A stretch of DNA of 64,000 nt from Candidatus Bathyarchaeia archaeon (GCA_035530195.1 DATKVG010000043.1:1375-65374), one strand, 5' to 3'; counted from the first letter of the stretch, positions 23,954 to 34,058 are shown. Program-made: numbers and translations. Notes: generated by a model not told the origin, from the letters alone.

Positions 23954-26900
23954 CTACACTGCCGAAAGTTCCGCGTCCATCTCCTCGGGCTCGTGCCGGG
24001 GGCGTTCGGCGCGGCCCACGGCGGTGCGCGGCATCTTGAAATCCACCACCGCCAAACGTTCGCGGTATCGGTCGAGGAAGTACGCGATGGTTTCGACGCG
24101 CAGTTTGATAGTCCCGGCCGGGCGGTTCTCGTCGATATCCTTGAAGTAGAAGAACGGCCTGCCCGAGCATTCGAAAATCTCTTCGAGCACAGCGTAGGTG
24201 GGCGCGTCGTGGCCGCATTTGAAATTGGACAGCTCAAGCCCAACAAGGTGCGGGTGCCGCGCCACAAATTTCGCCGCCCATAGTTTTCTGGAGCTGTTTT
24301 CGGCAAAGGTGTTTTTCCAGACGTCGTCGATGCTGAACGGCGAGCAGATTTCGCCCGCCGCGACTTCCGCCCCGAACAGCGGCAGGATGATGTCGTCTTC
24401 GAGCGGCAGCGTATCGTGTGTGAGGATGGGGTAACCGCGTTTCTGAAACTGTTCGAGAATGCCCTGGTTGATGCCGGGATCGTTGTGGTAGGGGCGCGCC
24501 AACACGACAATCGCAAGCCGTTTCTCCCGCTGAACGGTCTCGAGTGCCTGCCGCGCCTCGTTCCGCTGCGCCTCCTGGTATTGGCGCAGCGCGTGCAGCC
24601 CCTGCTTGACCGCGCGCGCCGACTCCGCTTCGCTCAGGCCGAGGTCGTCCGCCCAGTCTTCGTACATCTGGCGGGCGCACAACCGTGCGTTGTCCAGGTT
24701 GATGAACGTGCGTTTGAACCGCAGCCCGCGCTCCGCGAACAGGTCCGTCTCTTTCACAAAGGCGGCGTGTGTGGCCTCGATGGTGGCCATGCTGGTCGGG
24801 CATGCGCGGGTCGCCATCACGCCGTGCAGCCACGTGGGCAGCGTGTCGACCACGGGGAAGAACAGGTGGGTGAGGCGGTGGTCGTGGCCGTGCTTTTTAT
24901 AAAGCAGGTTGTGGACGTGGGCGATGGCCAGCTTGCTCGGATAGCAGGGGTCGATGCTGCCGCGTTTTGCCCCGTCTTTGAACAGCGCGTCCGTGGTGTA
25001 GTCGGACCAGACGAGGTTTTCCGGAGGCACGCCGAGGCTCATGAAGTACCCCGTGAAAAACGGCGCGTTCAAATACATGTTGAGGGCGCGCGGCATGCCG
25101 ATCCGGATGGTTTTCCGCCCTTCGATCAATGCGCGGCGCCGCTTGGCGGATTTGCGGAACGACGGCAGCGCGATCCACGGCACGCGGGGCGCGGGATCCG
25201 CCACACCTGCCACCTCGACGGGCTTGAATACGTCCCGCGCGCAAATCGCCGCCAGGTTCAGGTTGGCCGCCTGCACGGCCCGCTCGCGCGCGCCGATTTC
25301 GCGGGCGTCTGCGACATTTTCGACGGCGCCTTTTTCGCAATTGGCGATGATGATCTGCCGCTTCGCGAAGTCGTTGCCTTCCGAACCGACTTCGATGAAC
25401 GTGCGCATGCACTTGTTGGTGCAGAATGCGCACCGGGTGGTTTCATCCCTGCGGGTCGAGTATCGGATTGCCTGCAACGCGTCGAGGCCGATGAACGTGG
25501 TGTCGTACGGCCGCTCTTCGTACAGGCGCAACACTTCCAATGCGCAGCCGATCGCCCCCGACTCCCCGCAGTGAGGATGCACCACCACCTCCGGCTCGAC
25601 CCCGCTGCCTTCGAACCTCGAGCGGATAAAATCGGCCTGCGCCTTGACTGCGGCAAGGTTGTGCTGCGTACCGCCCTGAAGAATAAACGTCCTGCCAAGC
25701 CGCGCCAGGTTCGGCATCTGGCACACGTACAGCCAGATGTTTTTCGGCAGGACCGCCGCCAGCCCCGCCAGGATCTCGTTGGGCCGCCACCCTTGCCGCT
25801 GGAAATCGACGATGTCTGTCTGCAAGAAAACGGCGCAGCCATAGCTGAATTGCGGCATCACCTCGGCGCTGAACGCGATTTCCGCATACTCATCCACCTG
25901 ATAACCGAACGCGGCCGCCGTCGATTGCAGATAAAACCCGTTGCCGGCCGAGCACTGCGTGTTCAGCCGAAAATCTTTGACTACCCCGTTCTTGAGGATG
26001 ATGATCTTAATGTCCTGCCCGCCCACGTCGCAGATGACGTCCGCCCCGGGGAAGTACAGCAAGCCGCTGTGCATGTGGGCCACCGTCTCGACCAGCGCCA
26101 CGTCTGCCCGAGCCACGCTGCGAAGCATATCTTTCGCGTACCCGGTGGTGGCGCAACCCAGAATCCTGAGGCGGCGGCCCCCGGTTTCGACTTGCCGCTC
26201 GAGTTCGCCCACAACCGCCTGCATGTCTTCTATCGGATTCCCCAGCGACAGCCGGTACGATTTCGCCAGTACCCGCTTGTGCCGATCCAGCAGCACCGCC
26301 TTGGTACTGGTTGACCCGCCGTCGATCCCCAAGAACGTCTCGACCTCGCTCCCGCCCGGCAGCACGGGCGGCCGCCACGCCTCGCGCCGGTACGCCTCGC
26401 GGAACTTCCGCAACTCGTCCGCGGTGCCCGCCAGCCCTTCAAGCTGGCCAAACTCCTCCGCAACCCCTCGCACTTGAATGCCCGGCCGCCTGCGGTGCAC
26501 CGCGCGCCCTTCTTTCAGGTACCATTGCAAGCCGTCCGTGCCCTGGTATACGCCGATCTCCCGGTTCTCCGCGATCTCGGCCCGGGCGTACTCGACGGCG
26601 CCCAGCGCCGAAAATAGGAGCGCATCTTGCGGTACGTGGATCAAATCTTCAGGCCGAGCGCCGGCCGGAACCGGCACTTCCCGTTCCTCCCAGATGAGGG
26701 GGAGGTGGCGCCGCCAGCATTCCTGCATGCCCCGGATGAACGTGTTTGGCCCGCCCAGCAGCAGCACGTCCGGGTACAGCGTGTTGCCCCGCGCCAGCAC
26801 CGACAGGTTTTGCCGGATCAGCGACTCAAACAGGCTCGCCATCAGCTCTTCCGCCGGCACGCCCTGCTTCTGCAGCCCGTTGATATCCGTTTCCGCGAAA

Positions 26901-27472
26901 ACGCCGCACTTGCCCGCCACCGGATGGACGCGCAGCCCATCGTAGCGCATCTCGCCCACCCGCGCCGGGTCAATTCGCAGTTTCGAGCTGATCTTGTCGA
27001 TGACGGCGCCGGTGCCGCCCGCGCATTTGTCGTTCATGGACGCGCTTTTCCGCCGGATGCCCGAGGCCGCGTCGGTCTTGAAGACGATAATCTTGGCGTC
27101 TTCCCCGCCCAGTTCAATCACGCTGCGCACCTGCGGGAACCGTTTCGACACCACCAGGCACAGCGCGTTCACCTCCTGCACGAAATACCCGCCGACATTC
27201 TGCGCCAATGTCGCGCCGCCGGTGCCAGTGGTGAAAACGCGCATCGCGTTGGGGGGCGTGGAAGGAAACGCCTGACCGATCCGCTCCAGGAAGTCCAGGC
27301 AAAGCTCTTGCTGCCTGGTTTCGTGGCGGCGGTAGTCCGTCCAGAGAATCCGGCTTTGCGGATCCGCCGGATCGACGACGACGGCCTTGACCGTGATGCT
27401 GCCCACGTCGATACCGATTACAAGTCCTTCCGCGTATTCCGGTGTGCCTTGAAACCGGCTCTTGGCGGTCAT
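23954..27472 (-). CDS. Fusion of two BcrA/BadF/HgdC-type ATPase (activase) modules with a DUF2229/HGD-D-like C-terminal region
   Basis: Two actin-fold ATPase modules begin at IGIDVGSITVKAVV and LGIDGGSTSTKAVL. Each keeps the paired Cys contexts (MNDKCAGGTG/GKCGVFAETD and NTQCSAGNGF/YGCAVFLQTD). The C-terminal part carries DPCYPSK. Confidence 0.8.
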   Translation of the reverse strand: MTAKSRFQGTPEYAEGLVIGIDVGSITVKAVVVDPADPQSRILWTDYRRHETRQQELCLDFLERIGQAFPSTPPNAMRVFTTGTGGATLAQNVGGYFVQEVNALCLVVSKRFPQVRSVIELGGEDAKIIVFKTDAASGIRRKSASMNDKCAGGTGAVIDKISSKLRIDPARVGEMRYDGLRVHPVAGKCGVFAETDINGLQKQGVPAEELMASLFESLIRQNLSVLARGNTLYPDVLLLGGPNTFIRGMQECWRRHLPLIWEEREVPVPAGARPEDLIHVPQDALLFSALGAVEYARAEIAENREIGVYQGTDGLQWYLKEGRAVHRRRPGIQVRGVAEEFGQLEGLAGTADELRKFREAYRREAWRPPVLPGGSEVETFLGIDGGSTSTKAVLLDRHKRVLAKSYRLSLGNPIEDMQAVVGELERQVETGGRRLRILGCATTGYAKDMLRSVARADVALVETVAHMHSGLLYFPGADVICDVGGQDIKIIILKNGVVKDFRLNTQCSAGNGFYLQSTAAAFGYQVDEYAEIAFSAEVMPQFSYGCAVFLQTDIVDFQRQGWRPNEILAGLAAVLPKNIWLYVCQMPNLARLGRTFILQGGTQHNLAAVKAQADFIRSRFEGSGVEPEVVVHPHCGESGAIGCALEVLRLYEERPYDTTFIGLDALQAIRYSTRRDETTRCAFCTNKCMRTFIEVGSEGNDFAKRQIIIANCEKGAVENVADAREIGARERAVQAANLNLAAICARDVFKPVEVAGVADPAPRVPWIALPSFRKSAKRRRALIEGRKTIRIGMPRALNMYLNAPFFTGYFMSLGVPPENLVWSDYTTDALFKDGAKRGSIDPCYPSKLAIAHVHNLLYKKHGHDHRLTHLFFPVVDTLPTWLHGVMATRACPTSMATIEATHAAFVKETDLFAERGLRFKRTFINLDNARLCARQMYEDWADDLGLSEAESARAVKQGLHALRQYQEAQRNEARQALETVQREKRLAIVVLARPYHNDPGINQGILEQFQKRGYPILTHDTLPLEDDIILPLFGAEVAAGEICSPFSIDDVWKNTFAENSSRKLWAAKFVARHPHLVGLELSNFKCGHDAPTYAVLEEIFECSGRPFFYFKDIDENRPAGTIKLRVETIAYFLDRYRERLAVVDFKMPRTAVGRAERPRHEPEEMDAELSAV

Positions 27473-30400
27473 TTGGTCTCCTGTTCGGTCTTTTCCTGCA
27501 GGGTATTAGCGAGTTCTTCGAACTTGTTTTCCCTCGCGACATCGGCGGGCAGCTTGTCATTGTTGTCTTTGGTGTTCGGGTTCGCGCCCGCGGAAAGCAA
27601 CAAATCGACAATCTCCACGTTGCCGCGGCCGGCGGCTTCATGCAGGAGCGACCGCCCCGTTCTGGCGTCAATGATCGCGTTCGGGTCGGCCCCGCGCTCG
27701 AGCAGCAGCGCCAGGATGTCCTTTTTGCCCATGGTCGCGGCCAGTTGGATGGGCGCCAGGCTGAGAAACCGCCGGCTGGCCACCCCCGCGTATTCATCGA
27801 GCACAGCGCGAAATTCCTCAACATTGCCTTTGGCAATCAGGCTGAACAACGTCTGCCGCGCCCGCTTCTGGCCGCGAGCCGCCACCGTTGTGCCTTGTGC
27901 TGCCGCCTTTTCGGCGCGGGCCCGTATGGCCGCGGCCACCTCTCCGTGGCCGTTCAGGCTGGCGACATCCGCGGGCGAGCGGCCCTCCGCATCCATCGCC
28001 ACGGGGTTCGCGCCCATCATCAGCAACAGTTGAACGATCTCGAGGCTGCCTGCCTCCGCTGCGTCGTGTAGCGGGGTGGCCCGCTGTTTTCCTGACTCAG
28101 CCACCGCCACGTTAGCCCCATATCCTAAAAGCAGTTCAACAATCTCCTTATTCCCGGCTTTGCTCGCCACATGAAGCGCCGTCAACCCTTTCCGCCGTAA
28201 GTTCACCAGCGAACGATTCTGTGAAACAAGACGCTCGACCTCCTCCACGTTGCCCGCGTTGAGAGCATCCTCAAACTCGCCCGATCCGCCCGTGCGGAGT
28301 ATGCTCACGGCCCGGCGGTCGCCGCGCGAGTCCGCAATCTGCAACGGCGTCCGGCCGTCGTTGGCGCGGGCATTCGGATTGGCCCGGCGCTGGATCAGCG
28401 GCCGGATTAGATTCGAGTGGCCCAGTTCCGCCGCGATGTGCAACGCCGTGTACCCGCTGCTGTCGCCGCTGTTCGGATCCGCCCCACCGTCGAGCAGTGC
28501 CTGCATGGTTTCCAGCCGGCCTTCGCCCGCCGCCACATGGACCGGCTGCCGGCCGCGGAAATCCTTCGCCAGAACGTCCGCGCCGTTGCCCACCAGCACC
28601 TTCGTCACATCGGCGTCGCTGCGTTGCGCCGCAATATGCAGGGCATGACGGCCGGTCGAATCGGCCGCGTCCAGCGGCACACCCAGCGCCAGCAGAAGCC
28701 GAACCATGTTCGCCGAACCCTTTTCCGCGGCGTAGTGCAGTACCGTCCAGCCATTGCTGTCGGCGGCATTCACGTCGCTTCCCGCCTCCGCAATCTGGCG
28801 CACCAAGGCCTCGTCGGAAGTTTGAACGGCGACGTGCAGGGGTGTCCGGCCAAGGCTGTCAACGATTTTGATATCCGCACCCTGCTGCAGCAGGGTCTTG
28901 GCCGTGGCGGTAAAACCATGCTCCAAGGCGCAAAGCAGCGGGGTCCGGCCCGTGCTGTCCTGCGCGTTTACCGGTGCGCCGTTGCGCAGCAATACGACAC
29001 AAAGCACGCGCTGTCCTGCCTGCGCCGCGCTATGAAGCGGAGTCATTCCCATCGCGTCGGCCGCGTCCGGCTTCAGACCCTTCGAGATGAGCAACTCCAT
29101 GAGTTCTATCCGGTGCTCCATGTTGTCCGTGACGCGGCCCGCGCTGTCCTGTCCGAACGGCCGCACCCCCGCCCCCTCAACCGCGTAGTGCAGCGCGGTC
29201 GCCTGCCGCGCACTGACCGCGTGGAGGTCTGCGCCGCGATCGAGCAGGGCCAGCAGCCCCGCTTTTTCCCCGGCCTTCGCGGCCGCGTGGAGCGGAGTCC
29301 CGCCGTCGGCGTCAAGCGCGCCGATGAGCGCCCCGCGATCAAGCAACGCCGTCACCGCGCCCGCCGCGCCCGCGGCCGCGGCGGAATGGAGCGCGGTTGC
29401 CCCGTTTTTGTTGGTGCCTTCAATCCGGGCCCCGTGATCCAGCAAAAAGGCGATCATCCCGGGGCGGTCTAATTGCGCGGCAACGTGCAGCGGTGTAGCG
29501 CCTTTGTCGTCGCCGGCGTTGATATCGCCGCCGAGGCTCAAGATGAGTTCAACACATTCGGTGTCGTCGGCCTGGACTTTCCGGTGCAGAACGGTGGCCC
29601 CCCCTCTCAGGCGCTGGTTCATGTCTACGCCGACCGCGGCCAGCGCCTTGATAACGCCGGCATGATTCCACTGGGCCGCGTAAGCCAGGGGCGTATCTTT
29701 CTCGATGTTGGGCATGGAAAGCGCGGCTCCGTGGGCCGCCAAGAATTCAATCACATCAGCCCTGCCCGCGTGGGCCGCCGCATGCACCACCGTGTTTCTT
29801 ATCCCATCAACTTTGTCTATCAGGTTGGGAGCCGCCGCCAACATCTGTTCCATCGCCTGAAGATCCCCATAGCAGGCGGCCAGTGAAAAATCGTAGGCGG
29901 CCCCGTAGTCGCGCAGCAACTGTACACAATCCCAATGCGAATTTGATGCCGCCGCTATCAGCGGCGGTTGATTCGTCTTTTCCGATGTTTTCACCGGGCT
30001 CGCGCCATAGTCCAGCAACAGTGCCAGAATGTCATGGCGCCCCGCCGCTGCCGCTGCCGCCACCGGTGTGTCGCCGGCCTCGTCGGGCGCATCCAAACTC
30101 GCGCCCCGCAAAATATGCGTCTCCACGTCCCGGATATCTCCTGCTTTGACGGCTTCAACCAGCGTGGGGTGGACGGGCGCCGCAAGGTTTGCCGGGGGCG
30201 TGGCCGGCGCCTTTTTTGTCGGTTGGCGCACGGGCGCGACCGGCCTCACCACCGAGGGCGTAGCAGCAGGCGCCAACGGCGACGGCATGGCGAGGGTCCC
30301 AGACGACGGCTGTACCTGGGCGCCCTCCAGAGGCACATCCGACAACCAAGCCGGCGGCTGATCCTCTGCCTTTGGCTCGAGTTTTGGGGGTCGTCCGGCC

Positions 30401-30834
30401 TCATCGGGCTTAACCAGCTTGCCTTTCAAGAACTGCATGCTCATCCCCGGGCCGACCGGGATCGCGCCGGGTGGGAAACCCGGTGTCGCAGGGGGAACGG
30501 CCGGCACAACGGCCGGAGGCGGCGGCGCACCCGCCGACCCAGCCTCGGGTTTTGCGGGTTGGACATTTTCAGCCGCTGGTTTCAGAGGCTGGATAGTGGT
30601 CGATGAATCGCCTTGCGCGGCTTTTCTGAGCAGGTCGGCCACATCCGGCGGGAGGTCGTCCGTGATAGGAATTGGCAGGGGAGCGGCCTCTTTTTGAGTG
30701 GGAGCAGGGTTTTGCGGCGGTTGTGACGTGGCGGCATCGACAGCGTAAGCCACTGAAACCAAGCCACTTAACAAAATTGCCGCACACCATAATCCTGCAA
30801 CAAAATCCCTGAACTCCATTTGGTGCTTCCTCAT
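27469..30834 (-). CDS. Signal/anchor-bearing giant ankyrin-repeat protein (~25 ANK repeats)
   Basis: Hydrophobic N-terminus FVAGLWCAAILLSGLVSVAYA|VD, then a ~190-aa Pro/Ala-rich linker. This is followed by repeated G.TPLH.AA..G....V..LL..GA... units running to the C-terminus. Its stop overlaps the downstream ATG (ATGA). An alternative start is M6 at 30819, preceded by AGGAAG. Confidence 0.85.
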   Translation of the reverse strand: MRKHQMEFRDFVAGLWCAAILLSGLVSVAYAVDAATSQPPQNPAPTQKEAAPLPIPITDDLPPDVADLLRKAAQGDSSTTIQPLKPAAENVQPAKPEAGSAGAPPPPAVVPAVPPATPGFPPGAIPVGPGMSMQFLKGKLVKPDEAGRPPKLEPKAEDQPPAWLSDVPLEGAQVQPSSGTLAMPSPLAPAATPSVVRPVAPVRQPTKKAPATPPANLAAPVHPTLVEAVKAGDIRDVETHILRGASLDAPDEAGDTPVAAAAAAGRHDILALLLDYGASPVKTSEKTNQPPLIAAASNSHWDCVQLLRDYGAAYDFSLAACYGDLQAMEQMLAAAPNLIDKVDGIRNTVVHAAAHAGRADVIEFLAAHGAALSMPNIEKDTPLAYAAQWNHAGVIKALAAVGVDMNQRLRGGATVLHRKVQADDTECVELILSLGGDINAGDDKGATPLHVAAQLDRPGMIAFLLDHGARIEGTNKNGATALHSAAAAGAAGAVTALLDRGALIGALDADGGTPLHAAAKAGEKAGLLALLDRGADLHAVSARQATALHYAVEGAGVRPFGQDSAGRVTDNMEHRIELMELLISKGLKPDAADAMGMTPLHSAAQAGQRVLCVVLLRNGAPVNAQDSTGRTPLLCALEHGFTATAKTLLQQGADIKIVDSLGRTPLHVAVQTSDEALVRQIAEAGSDVNAADSNGWTVLHYAAEKGSANMVRLLLALGVPLDAADSTGRHALHIAAQRSDADVTKVLVGNGADVLAKDFRGRQPVHVAAGEGRLETMQALLDGGADPNSGDSSGYTALHIAAELGHSNLIRPLIQRRANPNARANDGRTPLQIADSRGDRRAVSILRTGGSGEFEDALNAGNVEEVERLVSQNRSLVNLRRKGLTALHVASKAGNKEIVELLLGYGANVAVAESGKQRATPLHDAAEAGSLEIVQLLLMMGANPVAMDAEGRSPADVASLNGHGEVAAAIRARAEKAAAQGTTVAARGQKRARQTLFSLIAKGNVEEFRAVLDEYAGVASRRFLSLAPIQLAATMGKKDILALLLERGADPNAIIDARTGRSLLHEAAGRGNVEIVDLLLSAGANPNTKDNNDKLPADVARENKFEELANTLQEKTEQETK

Positions 30835-30844
30835 TAAGATCTAT

Positions 30845-32587
30845 CTACGCCGACGTTTCCTGGCTATGCTTCCAACGCGACCATTCCGGGCTCCGATCCA
30901 TCAAAGCCGCCACGTAACTAACGAAATTCGCCGCCCGCCCAACGACACCCCGCTCTCTCGGCACATGCTGCAGCGGCTGCTGCAACTCCGGCCGGCTCCG
31001 GCAGAACTCCCTTATGACGCCCAACGGATACGCCGACCGCTCGACCGCCTTCTGGAACTCCTGTTTGCAGCGTGCCTTGGCATCGCCCAGCACCATCTGC
31101 ACCCGGCTGTAAGCGTTGATATCGCCCTCGCCGGACGTCTCGATGGGCAGGAACAGGATCTCGGGGTAACGGCCAACCACCGCCGCCTGCGTACCGTCCG
31201 ACTGCGTGGACGGCAGGCATCCGAACGGTTTCAAGCTCAACACCATATGGGCCAGCCCGTTTATTGAATAATAAATGGTTTTTCCGACCTCGAGATGGCT
31301 CTCGCCGCCGCTGATTTTGTAGTTGAAAAACGGCCGGGCCAATTTGCGCAGCGTCGGATGGTCTGCCTGAGGGTGGGCGGTCCCGCCAAGGCAATTACTG
31401 ATTCTCGCATACTCCCTTTCCAGCAGTCTTGATCCCAACGCCAGCAGCAACACCTGCTTGCGGTGCTTAAACACCCGCCGAAACCGGCCCGCAAAACCGG
31501 GAAAACCTGGCGTGGCATCCACGCCCTCATCAAGCAGCCGCCATCTCTCGGCATAAAGCAGATAGTTTACCCATGAGCACATGCTTTCGGCAATTACTTC
31601 CGCGCCCTCCTGCTCCAGGTACGAGAACATCCTGTAGTTGCCGTCGCCTTCGGTCATCTGCGCCCACGCCTCCCCGATGACTTTCACCGCGGGCTTTGGG
31701 CGGGTGTAATCCACGACGATGCCCCTGTCGATCCGCTTGCGAAAATCCTCCAGCGACTCGCCAAAACCGTCCTTCAGCAGTTGTTCGATCAGGTGCTGGA
31801 GCATGTCCGGGTCGGTTCGGAGCGCCAAGCGGCTCATCAGCCGCGTGCCCAGCCCGGCCTTGAATTCTCGCGCACTCCATTCCCGCAACATCCGGCCACA
31901 ATCCTCGAGGATGCCGTCGAAAACCTGGTCGGTCTGGCCCGGCACGACCTCGTACGGCCGGATTTGGCACGCCAGATCATTGAGGATATCCCCGAAAAGG
32001 AACGCCGTCAGCAGCATCAGGGCAAACTTCGTGTTCACTTCAAGCCCCGCGTCGTCCGCACCCTGCTCCAGCCCGCCCGTCTGCTGGAACAGCAGCACCC
32101 GGAAACCGTCAAAGCCCCCGTTGCGCAACGCCAGCCGGAATTCCGATTCGTACATCCCAAACCGGCACGGCCCGCACGAACCCGCCGTCACAAACACGTA
32201 ATTCCCGAGGATGGCCTCCCGGTCCAGGCCCTCCTCATCCCGCAGTCGCCGCAGGTAATTGAGCAAGGCTCCAACCGTGAAATAAGCCGGGTTGCACATC
32301 CCCGCGTTGCCGTACTCGTGGCCGGTGTGGTAGTCGGCTTTGCTGGGTGTGGGAATCCGCCCCGTGTTATATCCCAGCCCGCCGATCGCCGCCTCGATCA
32401 GCGCATCATGCCGCTCCGTCAGCCCGCCAAACAGCACCTTGACATGCCCACGCTCGCTTTTCCTGAAAGGCCGCTCCTGGGCCCGTCGAAAATGCCGGAC
32501 GCCGTCCGCCGGCTCAGGCCGGGGGGCCGCAAGCGCGTCTTGTTCCAAAACCTTGGTCACGGGTCTCACTCCAGAAAAATGCGCCAA
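30845..32587 (-). CDS. 2-hydroxyacyl-CoA dehydratase (HGD-D/HgdB-like) family protein, activase-related
   Basis: RPFRKSERGHVKVLFGGLTERHD...GNAGMCNPAYF...AGSCGPCRFGMYE is typical of the HGD-D family. The start is uncertain: TTG at 32587, or GTG at 32560 which is preceded by GGAG. Confidence 0.7.
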   Translation of the reverse strand: MAHFSGVRPVTKVLEQDALAAPRPEPADGVRHFRRAQERPFRKSERGHVKVLFGGLTERHDALIEAAIGGLGYNTGRIPTPSKADYHTGHEYGNAGMCNPAYFTVGALLNYLRRLRDEEGLDREAILGNYVFVTAGSCGPCRFGMYESEFRLALRNGGFDGFRVLLFQQTGGLEQGADDAGLEVNTKFALMLLTAFLFGDILNDLACQIRPYEVVPGQTDQVFDGILEDCGRMLREWSAREFKAGLGTRLMSRLALRTDPDMLQHLIEQLLKDGFGESLEDFRKRIDRGIVVDYTRPKPAVKVIGEAWAQMTEGDGNYRMFSYLEQEGAEVIAESMCSWVNYLLYAERWRLLDEGVDATPGFPGFAGRFRRVFKHRKQVLLLALGSRLLEREYARISNCLGGTAHPQADHPTLRKLARPFFNYKISGGESHLEVGKTIYYSINGLAHMVLSLKPFGCLPSTQSDGTQAAVVGRYPEILFLPIETSGEGDINAYSRVQMVLGDAKARCKQEFQKAVERSAYPLGVIREFCRSRPELQQPLQHVPRERGVVGRAANFVSYVAALMDRSPEWSRWKHSQETSA

Positions 32588-32907
32588 GAATTACCGGATG
32601 CCTATCGCTTTTTATCATGCCACAACCCCGGCAACCGGCTCAACACCTCAGCCCGCAACGTCTTGCGCGGCAATGGCATCCCATGCCGGCAAAGACTCCG
32701 GTGAAAGCATTTCGGGCCGGCGAAATGTTCCGCTGCTCCGGCGGTTTTTCTCTTTTTAGCTGCCTTGGTCCGAGGACTGGGGCATTAATCTTAAATAGTG
32801 GGCATCGGGCTGCATCCGGTTATGTTGATTATGCACTTTTTTTCCTGTAATCTGTGATCAGCCCCGTTTTTTTGAGCGAGGGGAAACAAAACTGAAAGGA
32901 TCGTGAC

Positions 32908-33330
32908 GTGAAAAAGCAAATCGCAGCTATAAGTCTTCTTGCATTGTTGGTCTTTGCCGTGGCCGGATGCGTGACTGCCAAAGGGCCCTCGGACGAAGAA
33001 CTCGTCAAGGCGGCAACCAACACATTCATCCAGGGTCTTGTGACCAAGAACCCGGATGCCGCCCTGACCGTGGTGTCTCCGCACTTCTATCATGCTGACG
33101 CGGGCGACAAGGCCGGCATGCGCAACTTCATCGCCGACGCCATCGACAGCGGTTACCTCGATGACGCCGAGGCCGACGTGAGCGCCGCCGAGTACACGCT
33201 CGAAGAAGACAAAGCCAAGGTGTACCCCGTGGTCCTCAATACGGCCGCCGGCTCGGCCACGTTGGGCATCGAACTGACGAAGAAAGACGGCACCTGGTTG
33301 ATCACCGGCATGGATGTCGAAGGCGTCTAA
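32908..33330 (+). CDS. Small lipoprotein (NTF2/DUF4878-like)
   Basis: GTG start with the lipobox LLVFAVAGC. 140 aa. Followed by a clear intrinsic terminator. Confidence 0.65.
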   Translation: MKKQIAAISLLALLVFAVAGCVTAKGPSDEELVKAATNTFIQGLVTKNPDAALTVVSPHFYHADAGDKAGMRNFIADAIDSGYLDDAEADVSAAEYTLEEDKAKVYPVVLNTAAGSATLGIELTKKDGTWLITGMDVEGV

Positions 33331-33359
33331 GTTACACCAGATTACGTTTCGAGTTGACG

Positions 33360-33405
33360 GAAAGCCCGCCGTATGCGTCTGTACGACCGGGCTTTCGTAT
33401 TTTTG
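33360..33405 (+). terminator. Rho-independent terminator
   Basis: GAAAGCCCG (33360-33368) pairs with CGGGCTTTC (33388-33396) and is followed by GTATTTTTG. Confidence 0.7.
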
Positions 33406-33674
33406 AGCGGCGTTCCCTGCGCCGCATGTGGAATGGCGGTTGTTCATCAGCCGTTCCAGCAGGTATGATTATCTGGGCGTCAATTCGGACTTAGCAATGA
33501 ATCTCCTCGGTATTTCGGCTTTCTATTATGACATCGCGGCCTTGCTGTTCATCCGACCTCGAGTCTCCAGCCTTCAAACAGTTCCCTTTCGCGCCGCAAA
33601 TCGATATAATCGGGTCTGCGCGGATTCGCGCTTCTGGAATCAGAATGGCGTCAACCAGCGATAGGAGCAGAGCC

Positions 33675-33998
33675 ATGGCACTGGGCGAATTTCATCATTT
33701 TGGCGTACCTACAAAAGCGAAATCCAAGGGCGAAACCTACCTCGAAGGGGCGAAACTCTACCTAACCGACCCGGCGGCACATCCGTTCCGGGTGGAGTTC
33801 CTCCGGTTTATGGAGGATAGCTCGATGCCCGAATTATTGCGAACCTGGCCGCATGCGGCGTTCGTCGTTCCGGATATGGATGCCGCGCTCGCCGGCCAAA
33901 ATGTGCTTATAGCGCCGTTCGACGCCACCGACGAGTTCCGTTGCGCGTTTATCCAGGATGGGGACGCGCTGATCGAGGTTATGGTGCGCCGGAAATGA
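33675..33998 (+). CDS. VOC (glyoxalase/bleomycin-resistance fold) family protein
   Basis: The ATG at 33675 is preceded by AGGAG. MALGEFHHFGVPT...IAPFD...FIQDGDALIEVM is typical of a small single-domain VOC protein. Confidence 0.65.
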   Translation: MALGEFHHFGVPTKAKSKGETYLEGAKLYLTDPAAHPFRVEFLRFMEDSSMPELLRTWPHAAFVVPDMDAALAGQNVLIAPFDATDEFRCAFIQDGDALIEVMVRRK

Positions 33999-34058
33999 TC
34001 GGCGGCGCCGGAGATAGCGGGCGCGGGCTCAAGAAAACCAGCGGAGGGGAAACCCGAG

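Noticed and set aside
23856-24218. Long N-terminal extension of the MNT ORF
   Set aside because: The extension would overlap the 3' end of the activase gene and is Arg/Pro/Gly-rich. The ATG at 23855 has a consensus AAGGAGG RBS and yields a typical ~106-aa MNT.
24416-26314. 632-aa plus-strand ORF, with similar ones at 26627-28033 and 28417-29472
   Set aside because: They are antisense to the activase and ankyrin genes, and their compositions are Arg/Pro/His-rich low complexity.
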